Shown here one piece after another: positions 12,301-21,999 of a DNA stretch of 64,000 nt; within the stretch, counting starts at the first letter, position 1, and each line of letters begins with the position of its first letter. The stretch spans positions 518,882 to 582,881 of the forward strand of contig NW_026515638.1 in assembly GCF_000738915.1 (NCBI RefSeq). Reading direction: 5' to 3'. This stretch comes from Nematocida ausubeli (taxonomy: Eukaryota). The position numbers and the translations under genes are program-made. The notes under the pieces are model-generated. The model had not been told where the DNA came from. It worked only from the letters and a program-made list of their open reading frames with translations, and did no database searches.

Positions 12301-12818
12301 GCATTAGTGCAAGCGAGTACTTTGGAAACATGCTGGAGTCTGTGGGGTTTAAGCGGGGCGGAGGAGAAGTTCTCTACTCAGGCATAACAGGCAAGCCTTT
12401 GGCAGTTGATGTGTTCTTTGGGATTGTATACTACCAGAGGCTTCGACACATGGTGAGCGACAAGTATCAGGTGCGTTCAGTGGGAGCAGTTGACCCCCTG
12501 ACCAAGCAGCCGGTAGGAGGTAGGCGTAAGGGAGGAGGAGTCCGTTTGGGAGAAATGGAGAGAGATGTGCTAATATCCCACGGAGCAGCTTCTCTGCTAA
12601 ACGATAGAATGCTTATGTGCAGTGACTACACAATTTTAAACGTCTGCAAACAGTGCAACAGTCTGTCCTTCTTCCAGGCATGGATGTGCACAGAGTGCAA
12701 GAATGCAAGAAACCTTGTGCGCGCTGAATTTCCGCATGTCTTTAAGTATCTAGTGGCCGAACTTGCATCTGTTAATATCCAGTGCAAAGTTAAAATGGAA
12801 AGGATTGATGCCTGCTAA
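9381..12818 (+). CDS. RPA135: DNA-directed RNA polymerase I second-largest subunit
   Basis: HIDSYN N-terminus, Pol I-type [63 protein letters not shown] and a C-terminal CxxC..CxxC. ATG at 9381 preferred over the TTG at 9327. Confidence 0.97.
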   Translation: [1145 protein letters not shown]

Positions 12819-13050
12819 TATTTAAATAAATAGAAGTGATTACACTGCGCCAAGCTTTATTCAATGCATGCAACAGGACTTAAAATAAACAGGCCTGATT
12901 TCTACTATGTATAGTCTGTTTACACTGAGACCTTCAACTGGTGTTTTTATGGGATATTATTTGGTACTGTGCATATATTACAGCGCAAGAGTGCTACTCT
13001 TTGATAAATTTTTATGCGTTATTAGTAATTTGCTCTTGCAGAAATTTTAC

Positions 13051-14370
13051 ATGAACTCACAAGTTATTGCACAGTTTATTTCGCACGATGACACTCCGCT
13101 AGGAAGTGTTCTTCAACTGCCTGTGAGCATAACACTTGAATCGCTTAGACTGCTTCTTCCCCCAAATACAGAGGAAAAAGAGAGAATGCGTATGTTTATA
13201 TATGGGTCAGAAATTATAACTACGCTTGAGGAGGCACACAAAAAGGAGAAGGTAGAGAACGAGGAAATCTTAAAGATATACTGCTACCCGGATGACCCTC
13301 CAAAGAAGACAAGAGCCCCAGGATATCTTGCTTCATCTTGCTCTGGGCACACAGCTGCAGTTCTGAGTGTGAAGCACAGCCCATGCAAACAGTACGTGTG
13401 CAGTGCATCCGGAGATGGAACTGTGCGTTTCTGGAGTGCGTCCACAAAGACCCCAATTAAATCTATAAAGATATTCCAGCACTGGATCCAGTGCATTGAG
13501 TTTTCTCCTGACTCTAAGTGGTTGGCTGCTGGATCAATGAACGGCGGAGTCTCTCTAATTAAAATGGAAGATATGTCTGTTGTCTACTCTAAAAAAGTCC
13601 ATAAGGACGGGGCCACTGCCATTTCATGGCGTGCAGATAGCGAAGTGTTTGCCACCGCGTCAAGGGATTGCAGTGCTGGTGTGTGGGATGCAAATGGCCA
13701 CGTGCGAAGTATTTTCCACGAGAAGCCTGTGATATCCGTCGGATACTTTGGAGACTATCTTCTTTCCGCAGGAAGAGACACAAATATAAAAGTGACATAC
13801 GAGACGGGCGCAGTTGTGCAGGTACTTAGAGGGCACATTCTGTGGGTTACTGGCCTGGCAGTGCACAATGGAAAAGATCTGGGGAGATACCTTAAGAAGT
13901 CAGACGGCATAGAAACAGGCGCAGGAAAGAGTTTCTTTGTGAGCATGAGCGACGATAAGACAGCCGTCATGTGGAGGCCATCGTGGACTGAGAGCGGCGA
14001 GTGGGAATTCTTGCCCTCTCGCAAGCTGACAGGACATAAAGATATACTGACAAGCGTAAGTATCTCATCCAATGGCGCGTATATATCAACTTCCTCTTTT
14101 GATAAAACAGTAAAGCTATGGACGTCTGTCAATGGATACCTAGCACATACCTTCAAGTCACACACACTCCTAGCATACCAGACAGCCTTTTCTTCTACAG
14201 GAAACCTTCTTGTCTCTTGCTCTGCGGATAAAACCGTCAAGGTGTACTCGGTTGAAAAGAAAACCCTTCTGTCTGACTTTGTGTGCAAGGACCAGGTATT
14301 TGCAATAGACATAAAAGATGGAATGATTGTAGCTGGAGGAAAGGACAAGCTAGTATACTTCTTTGTATGA
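13051..14370 (+). CDS. RSA4: Ribosome assembly WD40 protein Rsa4/Notchless
   Basis: N-terminal NLE-type domain (VIAQF...G..L.LP...E.ILKIY), then WD40 repeats (GH.AAVL, SASGDGTVRFW, LRGH.LWV..LA, SSFDKTVKLW, CSADKTVKVY). ATG at 13051. Confidence 0.88.
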   Translation: MNSQVIAQFISHDDTPLGSVLQLPVSITLESLRLLLPPNTEEKERMRMFIYGSEIITTLEEAHKKEKVENEEILKIYCYPDDPPKKTRAPGYLASSCSGHTAAVLSVKHSPCKQYVCSASGDGTVRFWSASTKTPIKSIKIFQHWIQCIEFSPDSKWLAAGSMNGGVSLIKMEDMSVVYSKKVHKDGATAISWRADSEVFATASRDCSAGVWDANGHVRSIFHEKPVISVGYFGDYLLSAGRDTNIKVTYETGAVVQVLRGHILWVTGLAVHNGKDLGRYLKKSDGIETGAGKSFFVSMSDDKTAVMWRPSWTESGEWEFLPSRKLTGHKDILTSVSISSNGAYISTSSFDKTVKLWTSVNGYLAHTFKSHTLLAYQTAFSSTGNLLVSCSADKTVKVYSVEKKTLLSDFVCKDQVFAIDIKDGMIVAGGKDKLVYFFV

Positions 14371-14721
14371 GAATAGCATAGACAAAGAAAGAAGTAAAAA
14401 TACACCCGTATGCTGCACAGTTAATTATTATGAGGCAAAATAAATCATTTTATTCTCTTTGGTACAGCTGGGCATGGCTTATTATCACATAGGCTTTTAT
14501 ATACCTAAATTCAGAACGAGTTTTACCAGAGTGGAAAAACAGGCCCTTTATTCTGGTACTTCCTCTGTTTATAGTTTTCTTTAGAGCAAGCTAGTTCTAA
14601 TTATTTGCACACCCAATGATTAAAGACATGCAAAGCAGCTATACACAAGCATGCACCTATATGCCAAAAAGGAAATAAAATGCAACTTACTCTTTTATTT
14701 AGAATTTATTAAGACATTGCA

Positions 14722-17574
14722 CTATAAGTCTACTACCTCTTTGCTAGGAGTGATTTTTAGATTCATTTTCATTATGAGTTTTTTAAGATACTTTGTATTC
14801 TGCATATCTGTTTCTTTCGTGTGCTCTAAAACAAGGCTTTCCACCCTTTCCTGCACGTCAGGCACAGACTCCAAAACATGCTCGCAGCTCTCTAGAACAG
14901 ATATGCATCCAGGCATGTCCTTCACCAGAACAGACGAAATCATTTGCGAAAATGCATCCTTTAGCCCTGCATCGTGAGAAGCAGAGAGAATATCAAGGCA
15001 CAGAAGAATTCGGTTTATGTTTTTGTAGTAGGCCTGCGTGTTGCGGATGATTTCTTCCTTGCTTTTTGTTGTGAGAACATCCTTCATCTTAATAAAGATT
15101 TCAAACCCGTCAAATCCTGCTGCATCCAAGCGCAGCGAAATCTCCTCAACAGTGTTCCATATAGAAACAACAACCTCTGTGTTTCGGAGCTTGAATGCCT
15201 CAGAGCCTATAAGAGACCCCATCCAATTCTTAACCCCGTTCATCTCAACAATCGATAGCGACTTGCTTGACAAAACAGTTATAATGTGCTGAAGTAGCGC
15301 AATAACAGATGTTGTGATGTGCTTGGATGGCTTATACTGGAACCCCATCAGCACCTGCAGCAAGTTGCTAAAGGGCGCTGCTTGGCAGAGCATAAGCATC
15401 TCCTGTGTTGATATGCCGCCCGTGCTGATAAGAATTTCAAACAGCGGTCCTACTATACATATTCTGTTTGTGCTATTCTTAATCATTGTATATGCAAGTC
15501 TGTGAAGTGTCTTTGTATTGTTTTCCTGGATCTTCTTCTGCAACACACTAGCCATTTCTAGCAGTTCACTGTCTGTTATGTTCTGTATTTCTTCCATTAT
15601 TTCAGATACAATTAGGTCTGGGAACTGGTCCTTTTTGTCTTTCTTTACCTCCTTTCCAAATGTAAATATATTTCGGAAAAATCTTGGGGTGGCTGCTGCG
15701 TCGTCTCTTTGCAGGGCGATCTTTTCAATTGAGGAGATGAAAACGCTCCAAAGAGGAGAAATTAGCTCCTTTGAGTCTGCAAGCATTTTAATTAGGAGAT
15801 ACGGATCGGATATCATTTGCATTGTGTCAACAACTGCGTCCTTTGCTCCTATTCTTGTGCATGCCTTTATGTATCCCTTTATTTCAGAAGGCACACCTGC
15901 AGAAGTGATCACCTCTGTGACTTTGTACTCCTTTATTAGATGTCTGTACACAGCACGAGTGCAGTTTCCACAGTATTTGTATCTTTGCCCTGGGGGAATT
16001 ATAGGATGCAAGCTTGCATCTGCATCGCACTGCTGCACCATAAACTCCGCCACCTCTGAAGATGTATAGTTGCTGAGAGGGACTTCAAGCTTTCTCTGCT
16101 TTATCTGAGTATAGAGTGTCTCTATATACTCTGCATCAACATCCTTGCATGTTTTTAGGATTATTCGAGAAAACTCCTCGAGTGGTATCTTCTTAACGGT
16201 ATTTACATTATGAAGACTCGTGTTAATATAAATAACAGCCATGGCAATAGAAATGATAGTCTCACTGTCCTGTTTCCTGTCCTCAGAGTACTTCTTGGAG
16301 AATGCCGAAATAATTCTATTTATCTTCTGTCCTTCTCCTGGAAGGGTAAAGCTCAAAAGGAATATTCGCAGTGCAGTCAGCAGGTCGTGCTCTGTAAAGT
16401 CAAATGATGAGCAGAATGCTTCCAAAAAGTCCTCTGCATTCTCCTTTCCAAGGCATTTTCCAAGCATGTGCAGATTGGTTTCTGAGTGTGCGCGCAGAAA
16501 CATGCAGACTGCCTGAGCTGGATTTTCATATCCCTGCTTTTGCATTGTTGCTACCAGATCTTCTGCGTTTCCTGTTTTGTTAAACTCTTCCAGATCTAGC
16601 TCCAACTGCCTCTGTACTCTCTCTATCTCACCTAGTCTGTTAGATGTCTTGCAGTACATGCACTCTGTTGTTGTGTCTGGCTCTTTTAGCATGCGGATAA
16701 AGTGGATCGCTCCCTCCTCCCACAGTTTATCAAGAACAATTTGCAGAGTGTTTTTGCTTGTAATTCTAGTGCACACGTCAAGAAATAAGTACTCCAGGAA
16801 GAATGGCTTGCAGAACACGGAGAATATTTCTGTCAAGGGAGCAGTCTCTCGCTCCATGTACATTTGAAAGTAGAATGGCTCATAAAACCCCTTTCCGTGC
16901 ATCATCAGCACAAGCTGGTTGGTGTGCCTTTTTATAAAGTCAAAGAGAATCAGCCCAGAAAGAGTTTTTGTCATCTTCTGCGAGGACACTAAAGCCACCT
17001 CAAGAAGAGCAGGGCAGATAATAAGCTTATCCGAATTATCTAGCAGGCTCTCTATAAACACCGGATACCGTGCAAGGAACTGCCTGAATAGACGCGGTAT
17101 CAGATAGCCGCACTTGGTGCTTGTAATGAATGATTTTGACATAAACAACGTGCAAAATACCTTAAAAATAGTCATCCTGTGCTCTGGCGTGCCAGCCACC
17201 TCCAGAATAAGCATCATCACTTTTAAATAAACAACCACTGCCCTTTCAACGTTCTTCTCGTTCTTCAAAAACTTCATTTTCCCAAGGGACGCAGGAATTT
17301 CCTGCAAGTCAATGTGCTCCTGCTTCTGCTGGAGATCCTGAACAAGATCATAGAACACATCAAGAACTATGTACTTCTCGTTTGAATAGAGTGTTTCGCA
17401 CAGGAAAAGCGCATTAATCGTGCATAGAATGTGCTCTAGACTGATTTCCATCTCCTGCAGTATGTACCTATTAAGCTGTTCTACTATTTCTCTGGCCTCC
17501 TTGCTTCCCTGCTCAGAGACTTTTCTTAGCCGCAGGGCAGTTCTAGTTAGTGTATCTTCTGCTTCTGACAACAT
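14722..17574 (-). CDS. Sec7-domain ARF guanine nucleotide exchange factor (Gea/Sec7 class)
   Basis: Sec7 signature ALRIFLLSFTLPGEGQKINRII (catalytic Glu finger) and AVIYINTSLHN, flanked by helical regions. Confidence 0.9.
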   Translation of the reverse strand: MLSEAEDTLTRTALRLRKVSEQGSKEAREIVEQLNRYILQEMEISLEHILCTINALFLCETLYSNEKYIVLDVFYDLVQDLQQKQEHIDLQEIPASLGKMKFLKNEKNVERAVVVYLKVMMLILEVAGTPEHRMTIFKVFCTLFMSKSFITSTKCGYLIPRLFRQFLARYPVFIESLLDNSDKLIICPALLEVALVSSQKMTKTLSGLILFDFIKRHTNQLVLMMHGKGFYEPFYFQMYMERETAPLTEIFSVFCKPFFLEYLFLDVCTRITSKNTLQIVLDKLWEEGAIHFIRMLKEPDTTTECMYCKTSNRLGEIERVQRQLELDLEEFNKTGNAEDLVATMQKQGYENPAQAVCMFLRAHSETNLHMLGKCLGKENAEDFLEAFCSSFDFTEHDLLTALRIFLLSFTLPGEGQKINRIISAFSKKYSEDRKQDSETIISIAMAVIYINTSLHNVNTVKKIPLEEFSRIILKTCKDVDAEYIETLYTQIKQRKLEVPLSNYTSSEVAEFMVQQCDADASLHPIIPPGQRYKYCGNCTRAVYRHLIKEYKVTEVITSAGVPSEIKGYIKACTRIGAKDAVVDTMQMISDPYLLIKMLADSKELISPLWSVFISSIEKIALQRDDAAATPRFFRNIFTFGKEVKKDKKDQFPDLIVSEIMEEIQNITDSELLEMASVLQKKIQENNTKTLHRLAYTMIKNSTNRICIVGPLFEILISTGGISTQEMLMLCQAAPFSNLLQVLMGFQYKPSKHITTSVIALLQHIITVLSSKSLSIVEMNGVKNWMGSLIGSEAFKLRNTEVVVSIWNTVEEISLRLDAAGFDGFEIFIKMKDVLTTKSKEEIIRNTQAYYKNINRILLCLDILSASHDAGLKDAFSQMISSVLVKDMPGCISVLESCEHVLESVPDVQERVESLVLEHTKETDMQNTKYLKKLIMKMNLKITPSKEVVDL

Positions 17575-17951
17575 TATTTATATTATTTTTTTTGGTTTTT
17601 TAATTAATACAATGCGTACTAATATATCCAAAATACAGCTCTATATGCACTCCACAGCATAAAAATGCACAAAAAATAAAATGCACAGAATTTACTCAAA
17701 ATACACATATTTATGTAACAGATTATATATGCATAGTAATAGATTCCAACTAAACTATTAGCATATTCTTTATGTTTATCAGAGGCTGCCATATTTATTC
17801 ACTATTCTAACGTATACAGAAAATATACTCCCCTTATATATTTCCAAAAAAGTATACTCTCAAGTGCACAGCACGCAAGCTGAATAATCTATGAATTTCT
17901 TTGGCAAAGCAACACAGCGACCCACATGGACCCAGCAGGTAACTAATACTC

Positions 17952-18065
17952 GTGCGGCCATATGCCTGCGTACACACCAGAACCCGTTTGATCTCTGAAG
18001 TTAAGCGCGTGACAGCTTTGATAGTACTGCGATGGGAGACCGCGTGGGAACACAGAGTGCTGCAC
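17952..18065 (+). rRNA. 5S ribosomal RNA (single dispersed copy)
   Basis: Ends gtgcggc/gctgcac form helix I. Conserved GGCCATA, CCCGT.TGATCT..GAAGTTAAGC (box A), TAGTACT..GATGGGAGACC..GTGGGAA (box C). Followed by a T-run. Confidence 0.95.
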
Positions 18066-18070
18066 TTTTT
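18066..18070 (+). terminator. RNA polymerase III terminator of the 5S gene
   Basis: TTTTT immediately after the 5S 3' end, with a further TTTT a few bases on. Confidence 0.8.
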
Positions 18071-19391
18071 GTCCTTTTCCACAATACACCCGCAGGTATA
18101 AAACCACTTGCAAATACACTTGCACTTTTCATCTACTGCATAAATTCCACTAAGACTTCATAAAAGCTAATTGTCCCACTATACATAAAATACAGTCTGC
18201 TCATACAACTAAAAATAACGTGAAGATATTTCTGCAGTATAGAATGAAATTATTCAAGATTTGCTTTTATTTTTGCCGTCAAGATATAGTCGCATGAAGG
18301 CCTAGACTTGCCGTTAATGCAAGCCCGCATACACCTTACCAATCTATTACGCCTGTCCCATATCTTTCATGATATTCTGTAATGAATTTGTGCATTATTA
18401 AGCACTTTCATTTTCTGCTTCATTCTTCTGCATATGCATGTGCATAAAAGACCTCTTATTTCTTCTGCGCAAATGATTCTTCTGTGTATGCCGGTGTGTG
18501 TCTGCATATCTATATTAGCACACTAATTGTCTATTCTATATTAAAGAGTGAGTAGTATGACTGCAACAGTATACAATATCCCACTATAATGCATATAATA
18601 ATGACTATAATTCCTAATATTCTTCCTAGCTGCATGTGTTCGGGTTATATCTTCCAGAAGGTAAACAAAACATTAAAAAGGACTTTCAAACCAATCAATC
18701 CAAAACTTCAAACTGTTTGTTGCTATTTCGCACAGTACCAATTCCAAACAAAATCTCTCTTTAGTCTTCTATCGGGCAGTACTATTTAATGCACGAAAAA
18801 TCGAAGAAAGAATATATAAGATGTACTGTAGCCCAGATGTTACAGCTGCAATATCTTTCATAGCTAATCCCGTATATCACTTTCTACAGTGCATTTTTTT
18901 AGTGAAAGGTATATTTGTTGATTAAGACCCTTTTAGAGAGAATAATTATAAAACTCTACTGACCACGGAGAACAAAACAAGATCCATATTCTTCCTTACG
19001 AGGGCCATAATACATCAGTGTTTTTGGCTGCTGATATTTTGCTTATATACTCGAATACTTCTAGTCAAGTAGGCATATCTAGTAAATATATACAGGAAAA
19101 TATATTTTATATTCTGCTATAATTCACTGTATATTATAAGTAGTACGCACATAGCATAATTATGCTTAACAGTAAACCCATAAGAAAGATAATAAATATT
19201 GTCTACTACCAAATCATATAATCAATATCTAAATGCACATTAATCTTCTATGCACTAATTCCTTATTAATTATACTGTATTCGGGTTATATGAATTTGAA
19301 TATTTTTGCGCACTAAAATAAATATATGATACATCTGTATCTTTCTTACAGGGGATAAGGCTTATATTGAAAAAAATTTAATGATGCCAAA

Positions 19392-21209
19392 ATGTATTTG
19401 GTCAACAGCGCGCTAAAGTACATAGGAGTTATAACGAGTGATGACTCAGACAATGAAGAATACCAAAAAGTACTCACACTTCCTAAAAATCCAAAGGAGA
19501 ATGTTGATAGAATAGGTCTTCTGCATGAATTAGTTCTAAATGCAAAAGAGAGTGCAGTTAACATATCATCCATGGCCCATGAAGATAACTTAAATATTGA
19601 AAAACCATTACAAGAGACTGCTTCTACTGAAAACAATGAATCAGTAGAGGATATGAATGAAGAGGCATTCTATAATGTGATTGGTGAGATAGTAGATGGC
19701 TTGGTTAACCAAGTAACAAATGATATAGAAGGCTGTGATACTAAAAAGACTGACGCTGCGACTAAAACTGAGACTGAGACTGAAGGAATTACTTTTTATA
19801 TGCGCCGATTAAGACTTGAAGATGTAATAAGGCCTCTCAGAAAATCATATAATAGTCTGAAGAGTGCTGACGACAGATACACTGCTTTATTTATGTGTAT
19901 ACAGCTAATTATACGTAACAGCTTAGATATTCGCCTGTGGAATCAGACCTTCCCAATAGATCACAAGAGAATTATTTCCAGAATATCATACATGCTACTT
20001 GAGCAGCTCCTTCAGAAAAAAGCATCAATAATAAACCCGGCGATATACAAAGCATCAGAGACACGGGAGCAAATCACTGATGAGGAGTTGTCTATGGTGG
20101 TGATTGATGCAGTCACTGCTATAGGCAAGTCCGGTCTACTCGATGAGTTTGGAGCTATAATTAACAAATGGTATAAGGAATTCATTTCTCTTGAAACAAT
20201 TAACCAGTCTGCATATCTTCTGCATATGCTACGATCACACCATGCAATGCTCTTAAACAACAAGGTCTTGAAAAAAAGAATACACATTGATCTAGAAATG
20301 CTTTCTTCTAAAATAGCTGAGACTAGAACTAAAAGAGGCCAGCAAGATTCAATTCAAAAAGCAATGGAGATGGATCTTTTTAAACCAGATGAAAAAAACG
20401 AGTATCCTATTAACAAGGCCTTGAAGGTGCTAATTTCGAATAGAAGTAAGTGCTTGGACGTGCTTAACAGTTCCAATATTAGTAGTAGTAGGCTATTTAC
20501 CATTCACGAAGAAAATTTGCTTTTGGCTCTGCACAGTCAGTGGACAGTTGCAACAAAAAAGTACACAATGGTCTATAAGCAAATTGACCAGATAGTCTCT
20601 GAAATGGAAGACTTAGTGCTCACTCGGTCAGACTACAACTATATGAACAAGAAGGATATAAGCAATACATATGAAAAACGACTCAACAGATACAATGAAT
20701 TCCTTGCATTAAAGCATGATGCACTTATTTCTAATCCTGAATACTATTCAGTAAAAGAGTACTTAAGCAGCACGATACTGGATCTTAAAAAGTTAGCCAA
20801 GAAAATACCCAGTGTAACCTATTTATGCAAGCATATGTGTGGGTTTGAGACACTTGCAGAAGAGAATTCTGATATTTATAAAAAGAGCTATGATCACTAC
20901 GTATCTACCAAATACACAAGAGATGTTCTTGCTGAGAGCAAACAGAAAAACAAAAGTAAGAAAAATAATGAAGTGAAGCCAATATTGCCAGAGGGCACAG
21001 AGAACCCATTTGTTCAGTCCACTTCCTATACGGCTCTTTTTGCAGACAGTCTGCTTGATGATACTTACAATGCAGATTCAAAGAACTCTGCAGGTAGCAG
21101 TTCATCATCTAAAGGCATTAAAAAAGCTAAAGCACTGGTTTTAGGTGTAACTGCTGCATGCATGCTTGCTGCAGGTACTGTTTCAGTAGCGAGCGTTATA
21201 TCTTCATAA
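19392..21209 (+). CDS. Lineage-specific helical protein with C-terminal transmembrane segment (605 aa)
   Basis: Long ORF ending KKAKALVLGVTAACMLAAGTVSVASVISS. No signal peptide at this start, so it may be N-terminally truncated. Confidence 0.75.
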   Translation: MYLVNSALKYIGVITSDDSDNEEYQKVLTLPKNPKENVDRIGLLHELVLNAKESAVNISSMAHEDNLNIEKPLQETASTENNESVEDMNEEAFYNVIGEIVDGLVNQVTNDIEGCDTKKTDAATKTETETEGITFYMRRLRLEDVIRPLRKSYNSLKSADDRYTALFMCIQLIIRNSLDIRLWNQTFPIDHKRIISRISYMLLEQLLQKKASIINPAIYKASETREQITDEELSMVVIDAVTAIGKSGLLDEFGAIINKWYKEFISLETINQSAYLLHMLRSHHAMLLNNKVLKKRIHIDLEMLSSKIAETRTKRGQQDSIQKAMEMDLFKPDEKNEYPINKALKVLISNRSKCLDVLNSSNISSSRLFTIHEENLLLALHSQWTVATKKYTMVYKQIDQIVSEMEDLVLTRSDYNYMNKKDISNTYEKRLNRYNEFLALKHDALISNPEYYSVKEYLSSTILDLKKLAKKIPSVTYLCKHMCGFETLAEENSDIYKKSYDHYVSTKYTRDVLAESKQKNKSKKNNEVKPILPEGTENPFVQSTSYTALFADSLLDDTYNADSKNSAGSSSSSKGIKKAKALVLGVTAACMLAAGTVSVASVISS

Positions 21210-21999
21210 GGAAGAGTTCATATAAGTTAATGAACTATTCTTCATTATAAATTCACATGCATTCTAGCTTAGGAAATGCATCTGTTTTTGGATAGCAGCT
21301 GCTTAATAATAAAGTGACTCTAATAGAAAATACTCCAACTAAGAAAACTAAAGACAAAAATTTATTTAAAAGTACTACTATATAGAGTCATTAGCAACAA
21401 AAAGATTTATTTTTATAGGTATTTTCATACTATACACCATTATATTGTACGGCTGTGGTATTTCGGCTATTCTAAGATGGCGCAGGCCTATCACAAAGCA
21501 GTAAGTGTTTTGCTCTCTTGCATATATTCTTATTGCTGCAGATTATATTCTAGGCATCTGAAAAAGTATCTATGCTTCAAGCAAGAACTAAATTCAGTAT
21601 AGGGTATTAATACATTTTAATAAATATTTATAAACCAGTCAATATGCTACTCGTTATTTCAAAGTCTTTGATAATTCATTTTAAGATCTTTTGTTTAAAA
21701 TATTGAGCATACAACAGGATTCTTTGTATAATAGAACAGTTATAGTTTGTCACTTGGTTAGTCTTAGATAATATAGCCGCCACCATTTACATCTTTCTCC
21801 TGGGTGTTTCTAATATTTTATGTGTTAGGATGTATTTTAGCATATAACAGAATTCCTTTAGTTTATGGCAAGTATTTCAGCTATACAATTATTATATAAA
21901 TATATATAAGAGTCTTCCAAGGTAAAAGAAATAAATAAAAATAAATTTGAACACTTTATTTCTAGAAGCAGTACCATAGAAATATTCCAATGTGCATAT

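Noticed and set aside
17834..18125. Short ORFs over the 5S locus
   Set aside because: They overlap the 5S rRNA gene; spurious.
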